DNA of 64,000 bases from Actinomycetota bacterium (lineage in GTDB: Bacteria; Actinomycetota; Actinomycetes; S36-B12; UBA5976). Position numbers and translations under genes: made by a program. This document shows positions 19,728 through 29,859 of this stretch, piece by piece. Each line of letters begins with the position of its first letter. Position 1 is the first letter of the stretch. The stretch lies in the NCBI GenBank assembly GCA_947452765.1, contig CANGDR010000001.1, forward strand, positions 100,499 to 164,498, in the 5' to 3' direction. The notes under the pieces are model-generated. The model was not told the DNA's origin, did no database searches, and was given only the letters and a program-made list of their open reading frames with translations.

Positions 19728-19851
19728 GCCTTCTCCGAAGTCCAAATTGTCCAATTTTTGGCTGAAATTCGGCCTCGACACGGCCCAGTCACACCAGTAA
19801 CACTGGACCCTTCAGTTACGATTAAGTAACTTCCCTGTTGATCGGAGCATT

Positions 19852-21102
19852 GTGCGCGCCTTCCCTACGCGTCTGGCATCCTCGCGCCTAGCGAGAGGCC
19901 TAGTTGCCGTGCCTTTGCTCCTGGCCTTCGTCGCCACTCCATCAGTTGCCAATAACCTAACCAACATAAATAACAAGGTTTCGGATGCGTCTGAAGCTTT
20001 AACACAGGCATCCAAGCAAGTTACAGCAGCAGCGAAGCGCCTTAAGAAGACGCAAGCGCAATTACCTTTGGCGCGAGCAGCCCTAGCAGATGCTTCCGCA
20101 AAAGAAGCAGCAGCAACGGGCGTCTATAACCAGGCTGTGGTTGATTTGGCCACCGCTAAACAGAATTACGCGAATTCGCTATCGAAGCAAACCAGCAAAG
20201 AGGCCGAGATTAGTCAGCTTCAAATTCAGGTTGATCAATTCGCACGCTCTGTGTATCAGCAGGGACCAACATCGCAGTGGGAAATTGTTTTACAATCCCA
20301 GTCGCCTTCGGATTTAACAGATCGATTGCAAACTATCAAAGCGGTTTCGCAAACTTCGGCAAACAGTTTGACTGAATTATTGGCAGCAAAAGAGCAACTC
20401 AAGTCAGATGCTCAGGCCGCTCAAACTGTTCGCTTAGATATGCAACGCGTGGCTGATATTGCTACCCAGGCACTTATTGATTCTCAGCATGCAGCGGATG
20501 CTGCTGCCAGAGCAAAAGCTTCATTAGACACAATGCTCGCGCAACAGGCTGTTGACCTAAAGATAGCTCAAGACGACAGAGCTAAAGTTCAGAAGCAATT
20601 TAATGAACTCCGCGCAGAACAAATCCGTATTGCCGCTGCTGCGAAGGCCGCTGGAAAACAAGGTGCAGTAGACCCACAAGCAACGGGACCGCTATCTTGG
20701 CCACTTCCTGGGTATGCACCTGGTGGAGGTGTTGGTTGGCGAATTCATCCGGTTTACGGATATCGGTCTTGCCATACTGGCCAGGACATTGCAGCCCCAG
20801 GCGGAACACCCATTCACGCAGCAGCTGCAGGAGTCGTTTTAAGTACTTCGGTAAGCATTGCTTACGGCAACATGACTTTGATCGATCATGGCGGCGGCAT
20901 GGTAACGATGTATGCTCACCAATCTCGCTTTGGTGTGGCTCCTGGCCAGATAGTTGGGGACCAACAGGTTATTGGCTTTGTCGGAACAACTGGCTTCTCT
21001 ACGGGTAACCACCTTCACTTCGAAGTACATCTAAATGGTGTGCCGTACAATCCAATGGGTTGGTTCGGAGGATCCAAGACCGTTGTACCTTGTTGGGGAT
21101 AA
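19852..21102 (+). CDS. secreted coiled-coil M23 (LytM-type) peptidoglycan endopeptidase
   Basis: 416 aa; signal-like N-terminus, ~250 aa Ala/Gln-rich coiled coil, C-terminal M23 domain with intact HxxxD (HTGQD) and HxH (HLHFEVH) metal ligands. Confidence 0.85.
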   Translation: MRAFPTRLASSRLARGLVAVPLLLAFVATPSVANNLTNINNKVSDASEALTQASKQVTAAAKRLKKTQAQLPLARAALADASAKEAAATGVYNQAVVDLATAKQNYANSLSKQTSKEAEISQLQIQVDQFARSVYQQGPTSQWEIVLQSQSPSDLTDRLQTIKAVSQTSANSLTELLAAKEQLKSDAQAAQTVRLDMQRVADIATQALIDSQHAADAAARAKASLDTMLAQQAVDLKIAQDDRAKVQKQFNELRAEQIRIAAAAKAAGKQGAVDPQATGPLSWPLPGYAPGGGVGWRIHPVYGYRSCHTGQDIAAPGGTPIHAAAAGVVLSTSVSIAYGNMTLIDHGGGMVTMYAHQSRFGVAPGQIVGDQQVIGFVGTTGFSTGNHLHFEVHLNGVPYNPMGWFGGSKTVVPCWG

Positions 21103-21111
21103 GTGAGTTAA

Positions 21112-21588
21112 GTGGCTAAAGAGCGCGGTCGTAAGGTCATCGCTCAGAACCGTAAAGCGCGCCACGACTATACGATCGAAGATACATTTGAAGCCGGAAT
21201 GGTCTTGGTGGGAACCGAAGTTAAGTCGTTACGTGCTGGTCGGGCAAGCTTGGTTGATGGATACGCCCTCGTCGAAGGTGGCGAGATTTGGCTCCGCGGT
21301 GTAAACATTCCCGAATACAACGAGGGATCGTGGACAAACCATGCTCCAACTCGAGCTCGTAAACTCTTACTTAATCGCCAAGAGATTTCCAAAATCGAAA
21401 ATAAACTCAAGGAAAGCGGCTTAACCTTAATTCCGTTGAGTATGTACTTCCTTGACGGACGGGCAAAAATCGAAATTGCGATTGCTCGCGGTCGAAAGAA
21501 TTACGACAAACGCCAAGCAATTGCTGAAAAAGACGCAAAGCGGGAAACTCAGCGTGCTACCGGACGCCGCAATAAAGGTATGGATTAA
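21112..21588 (+). CDS. smpB: SsrA-binding protein SmpB
   Basis: 158 aa; [32 protein letters not shown] is the canonical SmpB N-terminus. Confidence 0.95.
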   Translation: MAKERGRKVIAQNRKARHDYTIEDTFEAGMVLVGTEVKSLRAGRASLVDGYALVEGGEIWLRGVNIPEYNEGSWTNHAPTRARKLLLNRQEISKIENKLKESGLTLIPLSMYFLDGRAKIEIAIARGRKNYDKRQAIAEKDAKRETQRATGRRNKGMD

Positions 21589-21636
21589 CGTTTTTCCAGG
21601 GGTTTTGCAGACTCCATTAAGGGCATACTAAAAACT

Positions 21637-22065
21637 ATGGGCGCATACCTCGATTCTTCTCAGGGAAATCTGGGTGAGCGATTCGGCGCTTTCCAAACCT
21701 TGATTGCTAGTTGGGATCTACCCGCTGCAGCGGAAACAGTTCGGGAAGCGCGGGAGTATGTGGTGGAAAGCTTAAGTGCCCTTCCTGCGATTGATTCAGA
21801 ATTGGCTGCATTAGTTACCAGTGAGCTAGTAACTAATTCTGTAATGCACGCAGCTACTCAATTAAGTGTCTCGCTCGAGCGTTGGCAATATATGGTCAAG
21901 TTGGTGGTTGAAGATTTTAGTTTTCAAATTCCCAAGTTAACCCCACTTGATGTCAGCTTGGATACGGGCAGGGGAATGCACATAATCGAAAAGTTTTCGG
22001 ATGCTTGGGGCTATGAATTAACAGAGCGTGGCAAACGGGTTTGGGCCAGTTTTAAGTGCGAGTGA
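21637..22065 (+). CDS. anti-sigma-factor-type ATP-binding protein (HATPase_c_2-like)
   Basis: 142 aa; ...AREYVVESL...LVTSELVTNSVMHA...GRGMHIIEKFSDAWGY pattern of RsbW/SpoIIAB-like serine kinases; no STAS partner in the window. Confidence 0.6.
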   Translation: MGAYLDSSQGNLGERFGAFQTLIASWDLPAAAETVREAREYVVESLSALPAIDSELAALVTSELVTNSVMHAATQLSVSLERWQYMVKLVVEDFSFQIPKLTPLDVSLDTGRGMHIIEKFSDAWGYELTERGKRVWASFKCE

Positions 22066-22066
22066 T

Positions 22067-23434
22067 TTAGTAGCGCTCAAAACCGCGGATTAGTTCAAAG
22101 TCCGTAATGGCTTTGTTGAATTGCGACAAATCAGTATCAACCATATGGGTGTAATGCTTATGCACGCGCTCGCCAAATGTTTCTTTAGCCCAAGTGCTAT
22201 TTACCCAAAGATCGCGGGCCATTTGTAGTGTATTTGGGACCCGATCCGTTTCTAATGCGTACGCATTGCCATCAAAGCGGGGCTCAAGTGTCATCTTCTT
22301 TTCGATGCCATCAATACCAGCAGCAATCATTCCAGCGACCGCTAAGTAAGGATTTACATCTCCACCTGGTACGCGGTTCTCAACGCGCAAACTTGGCCCA
22401 TGTCCGACCAATCGGTAAGAGCAGGTTCGGTTATCGCGTCCCCATTTGATTGCAGTCGGAGCAAAACTACCCGGCGCATAACGCTTGTAGCTATTTACAG
22501 TTGGCGCATACATAATGCTGAGTTCGCGCATATGTGCAAGTTGACCAGCAATGTATTGCTTGCCGATGTCACTTAAACCATCAGGATCATTATCGTCAAC
22601 TAGAACCATTGAGCCATCTGTGCCACGGAAAGATAAATGAATGTGGCATGAGTTACCTTCTCGCTCATTGAATTTAGCCATGAAAGTTAGGGCATAACCA
22701 TCCTGAGCAGCAATTTCTTTAGCGCCCGTCTTGTAGACCACGTGGTGATCACAAGTAGCCAAGGCATCTGTGTACTTGAATGCAATTTCGTGCTGGCCTA
22801 AATTGCATTCGCCTTTGACAGATTCAACAGTCATTCCTGCGTTCACCATTGACAACCGAATCCGTCTCAGGATTGGTTCTACGCGCGAAGTTCCGATGAT
22901 GCTGTAGTCAACGTTGTATTGGTTAACTGGAGTGAGCCCGTGGTACCGCTTATTCCAAGCTTCTTCGTAAGTGTCTTCAAACAAAATGAATTCAAGTTCG
23001 GTGCCAACCATGGCAACCATGCCCATGTCTTCCAAGCGCTTTAGTTGCTTTTGTAAAATCTGGCGCGGAGATTCTGGAATTGGATTGTCATTATGATCAA
23101 CCAGGTCAGCCAGTACTAGCGCAGTTCCTTCATGCCAATCGACGTAGCGCATTGTGCGAGGGTCAATTTTCATGACCATATCGCCGTACCCGGTATCCCA
23201 GCTTGAGATGTCGTAACCCTGAACCGTATTCATGTCGATGTCTACGGCCACGAGGTAGTTGCAGCCCTCAGTGCCGTGATTAAGAACATCAGTTAGAAAG
23301 TAGTCCCCGTGTAAACGCTTACCTTGGAGTCGACCCTGCATATCGGTAATGGCCACAATGACTGTGTCGATGCGACCTTCCTTGATGTCCTTAGTTAAGG
23401 CGTCAATGGATAGTGGGAAACTTACCGAGGTCAT
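22067..23434 (-). CDS. glutamine synthetase-like gamma-glutamyl-amine synthetase (GlnA3/GlnA4/PuuA-type)
   Basis: 455 aa; GS catalytic-domain motifs (NSCHIHLS, NRTCSYR, ENRVPGGDVNPYL); neighbours are ALDH, SDR and a PuuD-like hydrolase. Confidence 0.85.
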   Translation of the reverse strand: MTSVSFPLSIDALTKDIKEGRIDTVIVAITDMQGRLQGKRLHGDYFLTDVLNHGTEGCNYLVAVDIDMNTVQGYDISSWDTGYGDMVMKIDPRTMRYVDWHEGTALVLADLVDHNDNPIPESPRQILQKQLKRLEDMGMVAMVGTELEFILFEDTYEEAWNKRYHGLTPVNQYNVDYSIIGTSRVEPILRRIRLSMVNAGMTVESVKGECNLGQHEIAFKYTDALATCDHHVVYKTGAKEIAAQDGYALTFMAKFNEREGNSCHIHLSFRGTDGSMVLVDDNDPDGLSDIGKQYIAGQLAHMRELSIMYAPTVNSYKRYAPGSFAPTAIKWGRDNRTCSYRLVGHGPSLRVENRVPGGDVNPYLAVAGMIAAGIDGIEKKMTLEPRFDGNAYALETDRVPNTLQMARDLWVNSTWAKETFGERVHKHYTHMVDTDLSQFNKAITDFELIRGFERY

Positions 23435-23636
23435 TACGACTCCTTTTTGAGACTCTCAGGGCCAACCTGAGGATGCTTTGAATCTATCTGGTCGCAGGTT
23501 ACTAAATCTCGAGATTTACTTGTTGTTTATGTAGTTTTTGTGAGCCAAGTGACAATTTGGGCGCGGACAATAATGCGCCTAGCACCTCCACTACGCTCAG
23601 TTTAGGAACTTTCCAGGAGAAGATCGAAGAGGAACA

Positions 23637-25004
23637 ATGAGTAACACATTTGATGTGCTGAATCCAGCTACTGAAGAAGTAGTAAAGCAAGTACACATGG
23701 CATCTGCCGACGAAATCGATTCGGCCGTTGCCAAGGCCCAGGCTGCGTGGCCGGCCTGGCGCGACTTAGCACCGGGCACACGTGCAGATGTCCTTCGAAA
23801 GTTTGCGGCAATAGTTTCTGAACATAACGAGGAACTAGCAAAGCTCGAAGTTTTAGAAGCTGGTCACACAATAGGTAATGCGCGCTGGGAAGCACAAAAC
23901 GTAGCGAATGTTTTGAATTACATGGCTGGCGGCGTGGAGCGATTGCTCGGACATCAGATTCCAGTTCCTGGCGGCGTTGACATTACTTTCCATGAAGCGT
24001 TGGGAGTTGTTGGAATTATTGTGCCGTGGAATTTCCCGATGCCGGTTGCAGCTTGGGGATTTGCTCCAGCGCTCGCCGCAGGTAACACAGTAATTCTTAA
24101 GCCAGCGGAAACTACTCCGCTTACCGCACTTCGGTTGGCTGAACTCGCGCTCGAAGCTGGAATTCCAGAGCATGTATTCAATGTCGTTCCAGGATTCGGT
24201 AAAGAAGCCGGCCAACGAATCGTTGATCATCCAGCGATTCGAAAGATCTGCTTCACCGGCTCAACACCAGTCGGAACCCGCATCATGCAGGCAAGTGCAT
24301 CGCAACTTAAGCGAGTCACATTAGAACTTGGTGGCAAGAGCCCAACGATTATTTTTGCGGATGCCGATATTGAAAAGGCTGCAAAGTCGGCACCAGGCGC
24401 GGTATTTGATAATTCTGGTCAAGATTGCTGTGCGCGATCTCGTATCTTGGTTCAGCGCAGCGTCTATGACGAAGTACTTGCCTATATGGAGCCAATTGTT
24501 AAGGGTATGCATACTGGAAACCCAGCGGATGAATCTGTTGACATGGGACCCCTTATTAGTGCAGCGCAACGCGATCGAGTTAAATCGTTTGTTCCAGATG
24601 GCGCACCAATTCTCTTCCAGGGCGATGCTCCCACTGGAAAAGGCTTTTGGTTCCCACCAACAATTTTGGCCCCAATAACCGAGGCAGACATCCAGTACAA
24701 CCAAGAGATCTTTGGACCAGTTGCGGTTGTAATCCCATTCGACGACGAAGCGGACGCAATTCGCATGGCGAACGGAACCGACTATGGCTTAGCAGGATCG
24801 ATTTGGACTCGGGACGTAGGTCGCGCGATGCGAATGGCTCGTGGCGTGGATTCTGGAGTAATTTCCATTAACTCCCATTCTGCGGTCCGGTACTGGACCC
24901 CATTTGGTGGATTCAAGAAGTCAGGCATAGGCCGAGAGCTTGGTCCACATGCAATTGAGCATTTCACCGAAACCAAGAATGTATTTATTAGCACCGAAGA
25001 CTAA
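23637..25004 (+). CDS. NAD(P)-dependent aldehyde dehydrogenase (AldC/PuuC-like)
   Basis: 455 aa; ELGGKSP and catalytic-Cys region GQDCCARSR; divergent from the GS-like gene. Confidence 0.88.
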   Translation: MSNTFDVLNPATEEVVKQVHMASADEIDSAVAKAQAAWPAWRDLAPGTRADVLRKFAAIVSEHNEELAKLEVLEAGHTIGNARWEAQNVANVLNYMAGGVERLLGHQIPVPGGVDITFHEALGVVGIIVPWNFPMPVAAWGFAPALAAGNTVILKPAETTPLTALRLAELALEAGIPEHVFNVVPGFGKEAGQRIVDHPAIRKICFTGSTPVGTRIMQASASQLKRVTLELGGKSPTIIFADADIEKAAKSAPGAVFDNSGQDCCARSRILVQRSVYDEVLAYMEPIVKGMHTGNPADESVDMGPLISAAQRDRVKSFVPDGAPILFQGDAPTGKGFWFPPTILAPITEADIQYNQEIFGPVAVVIPFDDEADAIRMANGTDYGLAGSIWTRDVGRAMRMARGVDSGVISINSHSAVRYWTPFGGFKKSGIGRELGPHAIEHFTETKNVFISTED

Positions 25005-25057
25005 ACTCGAAACCGTCTGCATCAAGTGGACAACCAACCGAAAGTAGGAAGCCGAAA

Positions 25058-25822
25058 GTGAAGCGTTTACAAGATCGCGTCGCAGTTATAACCGGTGGAG
25101 CAAGCGGTATTGGCAAAGCCACCGCTATCCGTCTGGCTAGCGAAGGCGCAAAGGTAGTTATTGCAGACTTAGATCCAGTATCGGGTGAAAAAGTAGCAGC
25201 AGAAATTGGCGGCATTTTTGTCAGGGCTGACGTTACAAATGCCGATGACGTTGCCAATATGTACAAAGTTGCATTCGATACTTACGGTTCGGTAGACATC
25301 GCATTCAACAATGCTGGTATTTCACCGCCAGATGATGATTCAATTTTGACAACTGGTATCGACGCTTGGCGCCGAGTACAAGAAGTTAACTTAACCTCTG
25401 TTTACCTGTGCTGCAAAGAAGTACTTCCATACATGCAACGTCAAGGTAAGGGTGCAATCGTTAATACTGCATCCTTCGTGGCAACTATGGCTGCAGCGAC
25501 TTCACAGATCTCCTACACCGCGTCCAAGGGTGGCGTATTGGCCATGACTCGTGAACTCGGTGTGCAGTTTGCCCGGGAAGGTATCCGTGTAAATGCACTG
25601 TCGCCTGGCCCTGTGAACACACCACTTCTTCAGGAATTATTTGCCAAGGATGCAGAGCGTGCAGCTCGACGCCTAGTGCACATTCCCATGGGTCGCTTTG
25701 GTGAACCTGAAGAAATGGCAGCAGCAGTTGCATTCTTAGTAAGTGATGATTCATCGTTCATGACAGCATCCAACTTCTTAGTTGATGGCGGCATCAGCGG
25801 CGCATACGTTACTCCGCTATAA
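25058..25822 (+). CDS. short-chain dehydrogenase/reductase
   Basis: 254 aa; TGGASGIG cofactor motif, NNAG, YTASK active site. Confidence 0.85.
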   Translation: MKRLQDRVAVITGGASGIGKATAIRLASEGAKVVIADLDPVSGEKVAAEIGGIFVRADVTNADDVANMYKVAFDTYGSVDIAFNNAGISPPDDDSILTTGIDAWRRVQEVNLTSVYLCCKEVLPYMQRQGKGAIVNTASFVATMAAATSQISYTASKGGVLAMTRELGVQFAREGIRVNALSPGPVNTPLLQELFAKDAERAARRLVHIPMGRFGEPEEMAAAVAFLVSDDSSFMTASNFLVDGGISGAYVTPL

Positions 25823-25849
25823 CTAGAAGTACCGAAAAAAGGATTAAAA

Positions 25850-26887
25850 ATGGTCGAGGGTGTTTGGCGCGGATTTGCAAGTGACAACTATGCCGGGATT
25901 CAGCCAGACATCCTCGCTGCCATAACAGATGCAAACGCTGGCCACCAAGTTGCCTATGGTGATGATGTTTATACCCAAAAGTTGACTTCCGTTATAAAGA
26001 AGCAATTTGGCGACAAGGCCGAAGTGTTTCCAGTCTTCAATGGCACCGGCGCAAACGTGTTAACTCTGCAGGCAATGTGTCGCTCCTGGGAGTCAGTAGT
26101 TTGTGCAACTAGTGCACACATAAATGTTGATGAAGGTGGCGCACCTGAAAAGGTCGCTGGGCTGAAATTGATGCAGGTAGAGACTCCGGATGGAAAGTTA
26201 ACTCCGGAACTTATCGCCCTTCAGGCTTGGGGATTCGGCAACGAACATCGTGCACAGCCAAAAGTTGTTTCCATAACAAACTCAACAGAAATGGGAACGG
26301 TTTATTCGGTCGCTGAAATTAAGGCAATCGTCGACCATGCCCATGGCCTAGGTATGTATGTTCATTTGGACGGGGCTCGTATTTCTAACGCCGCAGCGGC
26401 ACTAGGTGTGCCACTTCGCGCATTCACCACAGACATTGGAGTAGATGCAGTTTCGCTCGGCGGCACCAAGAACGGTGCAATGGGCGCTGAGGCAATCGTA
26501 ATTTTGAACCCAGAATTAACCGATGTAATCAAATACATTCGAAAGACCGGGATGCAGCTCGCTTCAAAAATGCGGTTTATTTCAGCTCAGCTAATTGCGC
26601 TTTTTGAAAGCGACCTCTGGTTAAAGTCAGCAAGTCATTCAAATGCTATGGCCCAAGCTCTCTACGCCGGGATTAAAGATATCCCAGGGATCAATGTGTC
26701 GGCACCACAAGCAAATGCACTATTCCCATTTTTGCCAGCCGATGCGATTGAACCACTTCAGGCTGTTGCAAAGTTCTACGTTTGGGATCACATGACGAAT
26801 CAAGTTCGCTGGATGTGTTCTTGGGATACCACGCAAGCTGATGTGGATAATTTTGTGGCAGCCGTTAAGACTCAGCTAGCAAAATAG
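25850..26887 (+). CDS. ltaE: low-specificity L-threonine aldolase (beta-eliminating lyase fold)
   Basis: 345 aa; FASDNYAG N-terminus and SLGGTKNG PLP-lysine region as in LtaE-type aldolases. Confidence 0.75.
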   Translation: MVEGVWRGFASDNYAGIQPDILAAITDANAGHQVAYGDDVYTQKLTSVIKKQFGDKAEVFPVFNGTGANVLTLQAMCRSWESVVCATSAHINVDEGGAPEKVAGLKLMQVETPDGKLTPELIALQAWGFGNEHRAQPKVVSITNSTEMGTVYSVAEIKAIVDHAHGLGMYVHLDGARISNAAAALGVPLRAFTTDIGVDAVSLGGTKNGAMGAEAIVILNPELTDVIKYIRKTGMQLASKMRFISAQLIALFESDLWLKSASHSNAMAQALYAGIKDIPGINVSAPQANALFPFLPADAIEPLQAVAKFYVWDHMTNQVRWMCSWDTTQADVDNFVAAVKTQLAK

Positions 26888-26889
26888 AT

Positions 26890-27591
26890 TTATGAGCAAG
26901 CGGCAATAAAGCCACGGAATATGTTTTCCGAAGTTGCTTCATCGTCACTAAATTCTGGATGCCACTGCACACCCAAGACAAATTTTGCTGAGGTAACTTC
27001 GCACACTTCAATAGTGCCGTCGGAAGCCAGGCCCGTAACGGTTAAATCGCCAGGTGAGTCAACAGCCTGATGGTGACTTGAGTTGACTGTGATCTCAGTA
27101 GCGCCAACTAGGTTTGCGATCAAACTACCTGGTGTAAATGTCGCACCGTGGTAGTTGAACGTGCCTGGTGCATCCCGATGCAAAGTGTTTCCAACTATGT
27201 CTGGCAAATGTTGGTGAAGTGATCCACCATGGGCTACCGCCATAATTTGCAGTCCGCGACAGATTCCCAGCACTGGAATCCCTCTTTCAAGTGCTGCCAA
27301 GTACAGCCCAAGTTCACTGGCATCACGAGATTCGCGTGGTGCATCAGTTCCAGAATCTGGTTGTGCTCCATATCGAGCCGGATCAACATCTGCGCCGCCA
27401 ACCATAACCAGGCCATCTAACCGCGAAATAGCATCGTGGCAGTCTGGGTCAGGAGGCAAAAGCACCACACTTGCACCTGACTGCTGCAATTTATTTACAT
27501 AGTTCCATGGAATCAATGCGGCTGGTATATCCCAAGCCCCCCATTTTGCTGGCTCAAGGTATGTGGTGATCCCGATTACTGGCTTCGTCAT
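26890..27591 (-). CDS. puuD: gamma-glutamyl-gamma-aminobutyrate hydrolase family (peptidase C26, class I amidotransferase)
   Basis: 233 aa; nucleophile motif GICRGLQ and VQWHPE His/Glu motif. Confidence 0.85.
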   Translation of the reverse strand: MTKPVIGITTYLEPAKWGAWDIPAALIPWNYVNKLQQSGASVVLLPPDPDCHDAISRLDGLVMVGGADVDPARYGAQPDSGTDAPRESRDASELGLYLAALERGIPVLGICRGLQIMAVAHGGSLHQHLPDIVGNTLHRDAPGTFNYHGATFTPGSLIANLVGATEITVNSSHHQAVDSPGDLTVTGLASDGTIEVCEVTSAKFVLGVQWHPEFSDDEATSENIFRGFIAACS

Positions 27592-27606
27592 AATTCAAGT
27601 CTAGGG

Positions 27607-28545
27607 CTAGGCCTGGCGCGCAATTAGTCCAAGGACGTTACAGATTATTCGCGCATTATTTAAGGCACCGATATCGTCAACGTCACTATCTGGCATGAAT
27701 TCAACTAAATTGAAACCCGAGAGCTTGGCTTTGCCAGCAATTCCGTGAAGTAGTTCAACTACGTTCCAGTATGTTAATCCGCCTGGGGCACGACCGATTA
27801 CCCCAGGGACGATAGATGGGTCAAGCGCATCGCAATCCAAATCCACGATTACGTTTACACCAGCTGGAATTAGGTCAATTACTTGTTGAATCCCACCCGA
27901 AGCAACTTCGCGCGCTGAAACAAACTGCACTCCATGAGATTTTGCATCTTCGTAATCACTTGGCCGAGCTGAACCGATACCGCGCTGACCAACTTGAATT
28001 AATCCCTTGATGTGCGGCATTTCAAAAGCGCGGCGCATAGTTGAAGAAAGGCCAAGTTTTTCGCCGCCGACTTCGTCTCGGTAGTCGATGTGCGCATCGA
28101 TCTGAACCACAACGTATTCACCATGCTCTGCAAAACCCTGAATCATCGGTATTGGGATTGAGTCATCGCCGCCAATCACAACTGGTACGCCACCTCGCTT
28201 AACAATTTCGGAAGTGGTCGACCGAATCCGTTCCCGATTTCCAGCTGCATCTGATTCGTCGTAATCCAAGTCGCCAAGATCAATTGCATCAATACCGTTT
28301 GGAAATATCGGCCCACCTAAATCGAAGTCCATGTGGTCGATATTTGCCTGGTAGTTACTGATAGCACTTCGGATCGCTGCCGGCGCATCCTTGCAATACG
28401 GTCCGACGGAAGGGTAAGGCGTCGCACAAGGTGCACCGAAGATTGCCGAGCCACCTGAAACATCGGCAACAGTGCCGGCTGGAATCCCAATAAAAGTTGA
28501 AGTTGTTTGGGAACCCATCATGGTTCCTATGGATTTACGGGACAT
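27607..28545 (-). CDS. speB: ureohydrolase of the arginase family (agmatinase/guanidinobutyrase-like)
   Basis: 312 aa; Mn-ligand motifs GGDDS, QIDAHIDYRD, DLDCDALDP. Confidence 0.8.
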   Translation of the reverse strand: MSRKSIGTMMGSQTTSTFIGIPAGTVADVSGGSAIFGAPCATPYPSVGPYCKDAPAAIRSAISNYQANIDHMDFDLGGPIFPNGIDAIDLGDLDYDESDAAGNRERIRSTTSEIVKRGGVPVVIGGDDSIPIPMIQGFAEHGEYVVVQIDAHIDYRDEVGGEKLGLSSTMRRAFEMPHIKGLIQVGQRGIGSARPSDYEDAKSHGVQFVSAREVASGGIQQVIDLIPAGVNVIVDLDCDALDPSIVPGVIGRAPGGLTYWNVVELLHGIAGKAKLSGFNLVEFMPDSDVDDIGALNNARIICNVLGLIARQA

Positions 28546-28627
28546 GGCAACTCCTCAGGTGCTCTTGAATTCAGTTTAGGGTGCCTATTGGGATGACGTA
28601 TCGGACTTGATGCGACAGAATTCTCCT

Positions 28628-29380
28628 ATGACTGATCGCGGATATGCAGTAATAACTGGAGCAAGTAGCGGCATTGGAGCAGCAAGTGCTCGAGCATTGG
28701 CGAATGAGGGCTTTCATGTAATAGCCGCTGCCAGACGCACAGAGATGCTGACTAAGTTGGCTAAGGAGAACTCCTTAATTGAACCTTGGGAATTAGACGT
28801 TACAGACCAGGCAAGCGTCGATGCCCTTGCCGCACATCTCGAAGGAAAGCGCGTCACAGTTTTGCTTGCGAACGCAGGAGGAGCCTTCGATGGCACTGCC
28901 ATTTCGGATGCCGATATTGAAAGCTGGATCAAGGCGTACGACGTAAATGTGATTGGCGCACTTCGTTCTATTAAGGCAATCATCCCTGCCTTGATCAAGT
29001 CCGGCGAAGGCACCATCGTTTTGATGGGCTCAACTGCTGGACGCATTGTTTATGAAAATGGTGGTAGTTACACCGCAGCCAAACATGCAGTTGCTGCTTT
29101 GGCCGAAACCCTGAGACTTGAACTTGCCGGTGAACCCGTGCGAGTTGTTGAACTAGCTCCAGGAATGGTCAAGACTGATGAATTTGCTGTTAAGCGTTTT
29201 GGAGGCGACAAAGAACGGGCCGCCAAGATTTATGAAGGCGTTGCAGAGCCACTTACGGCTGATGATGTCGCGGAAGCAGTTCGTTGGAGCGTTATGTTGC
29301 CACATCACTTCAATATTGACCTAATGGTTATTCGTCCACTTGCCCAGGCCGCCCAGCATAAGGTCGTTCGAAAACTCTAA
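28628..29380 (+). CDS. SDR-family oxidoreductase (YdfG-like)
   Basis: ~250 aa from the ATG at 28628 (MTDRGYAVITGASSGIG); YTAAK active site; track ORF starts at 28607. Confidence 0.8.
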   Translation: MTDRGYAVITGASSGIGAASARALANEGFHVIAAARRTEMLTKLAKENSLIEPWELDVTDQASVDALAAHLEGKRVTVLLANAGGAFDGTAISDADIESWIKAYDVNVIGALRSIKAIIPALIKSGEGTIVLMGSTAGRIVYENGGSYTAAKHAVAALAETLRLELAGEPVRVVELAPGMVKTDEFAVKRFGGDKERAAKIYEGVAEPLTADDVAEAVRWSVMLPHHFNIDLMVIRPLAQAAQHKVVRKL

Positions 29381-29859
29381 GAAGCGGCGGCCTCATAGGC
29401 TTGGCGCATTGTTGCAAGATCTATTTTAGTCATTTGCATCATTGCCTGAGTTGCTGCTTGTGCGCCATCTGAATCAGGGCCACCGATGTACTGTTCCATC
29501 TGTGGTGAAATTACTTGCCATGAAACACCGAACTTATCTTTGACCCAACCGCAGCGACCTGGCTCGCCACCATCAGAAGTCAAAATATTCCAATAGTGAT
29601 CGATCTCCATTTGGTCACCACACGGAATTTGAAACGAAGTAGCCTCACTAAAGGAAAACATTGGTCCACCATTTAGGCCAATGAATGGCTGACCGAAAAT
29701 TGTGAAATCAACAACCACTTCCTCGCCTTGTTGATTACCTGGAGTATCTGCAGGAGCGATCCAGTTATTACCCATACTGCTATCGGGGAAAATGCTCGTA
29801 TAGAACTGGGCAGCTTGGCGCGCCTGGCCATCAAACCAAAGGCAAGTTGTAAGTTTCAT
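29377..29859 (-). CDS. VOC-superfamily protein (PhnB/YjdN-like, 3-demethylubiquinone methyltransferase-domain family)
   Basis: 160 aa; MKLTTCLWFDGQARQAAQFYTSIF N-terminus typical of this family; its stop overlaps the stop of the convergent SDR gene (CTAA). Confidence 0.7.
   Translation of the reverse strand: MKLTTCLWFDGQARQAAQFYTSIFPDSSMGNNWIAPADTPGNQQGEEVVVDFTIFGQPFIGLNGGPMFSFSEATSFQIPCGDQMEIDHYWNILTSDGGEPGRCGWVKDKFGVSWQVISPQMEQYIGGPDSDGAQAATQAMMQMTKIDLATMRQAYEAAAS

Noticed and set aside
19728-19851. Possible cyclic-di-AMP (ydaO-type) riboswitch upstream of the M23 cell-wall hydrolase
   Set aside because: The association is known for actinobacterial wall hydrolases, but I could not find the conserved ACGGGG/GGGGA-type cores or the pseudo-twofold architecture. 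Only short 5-6 bp hairpins are present.
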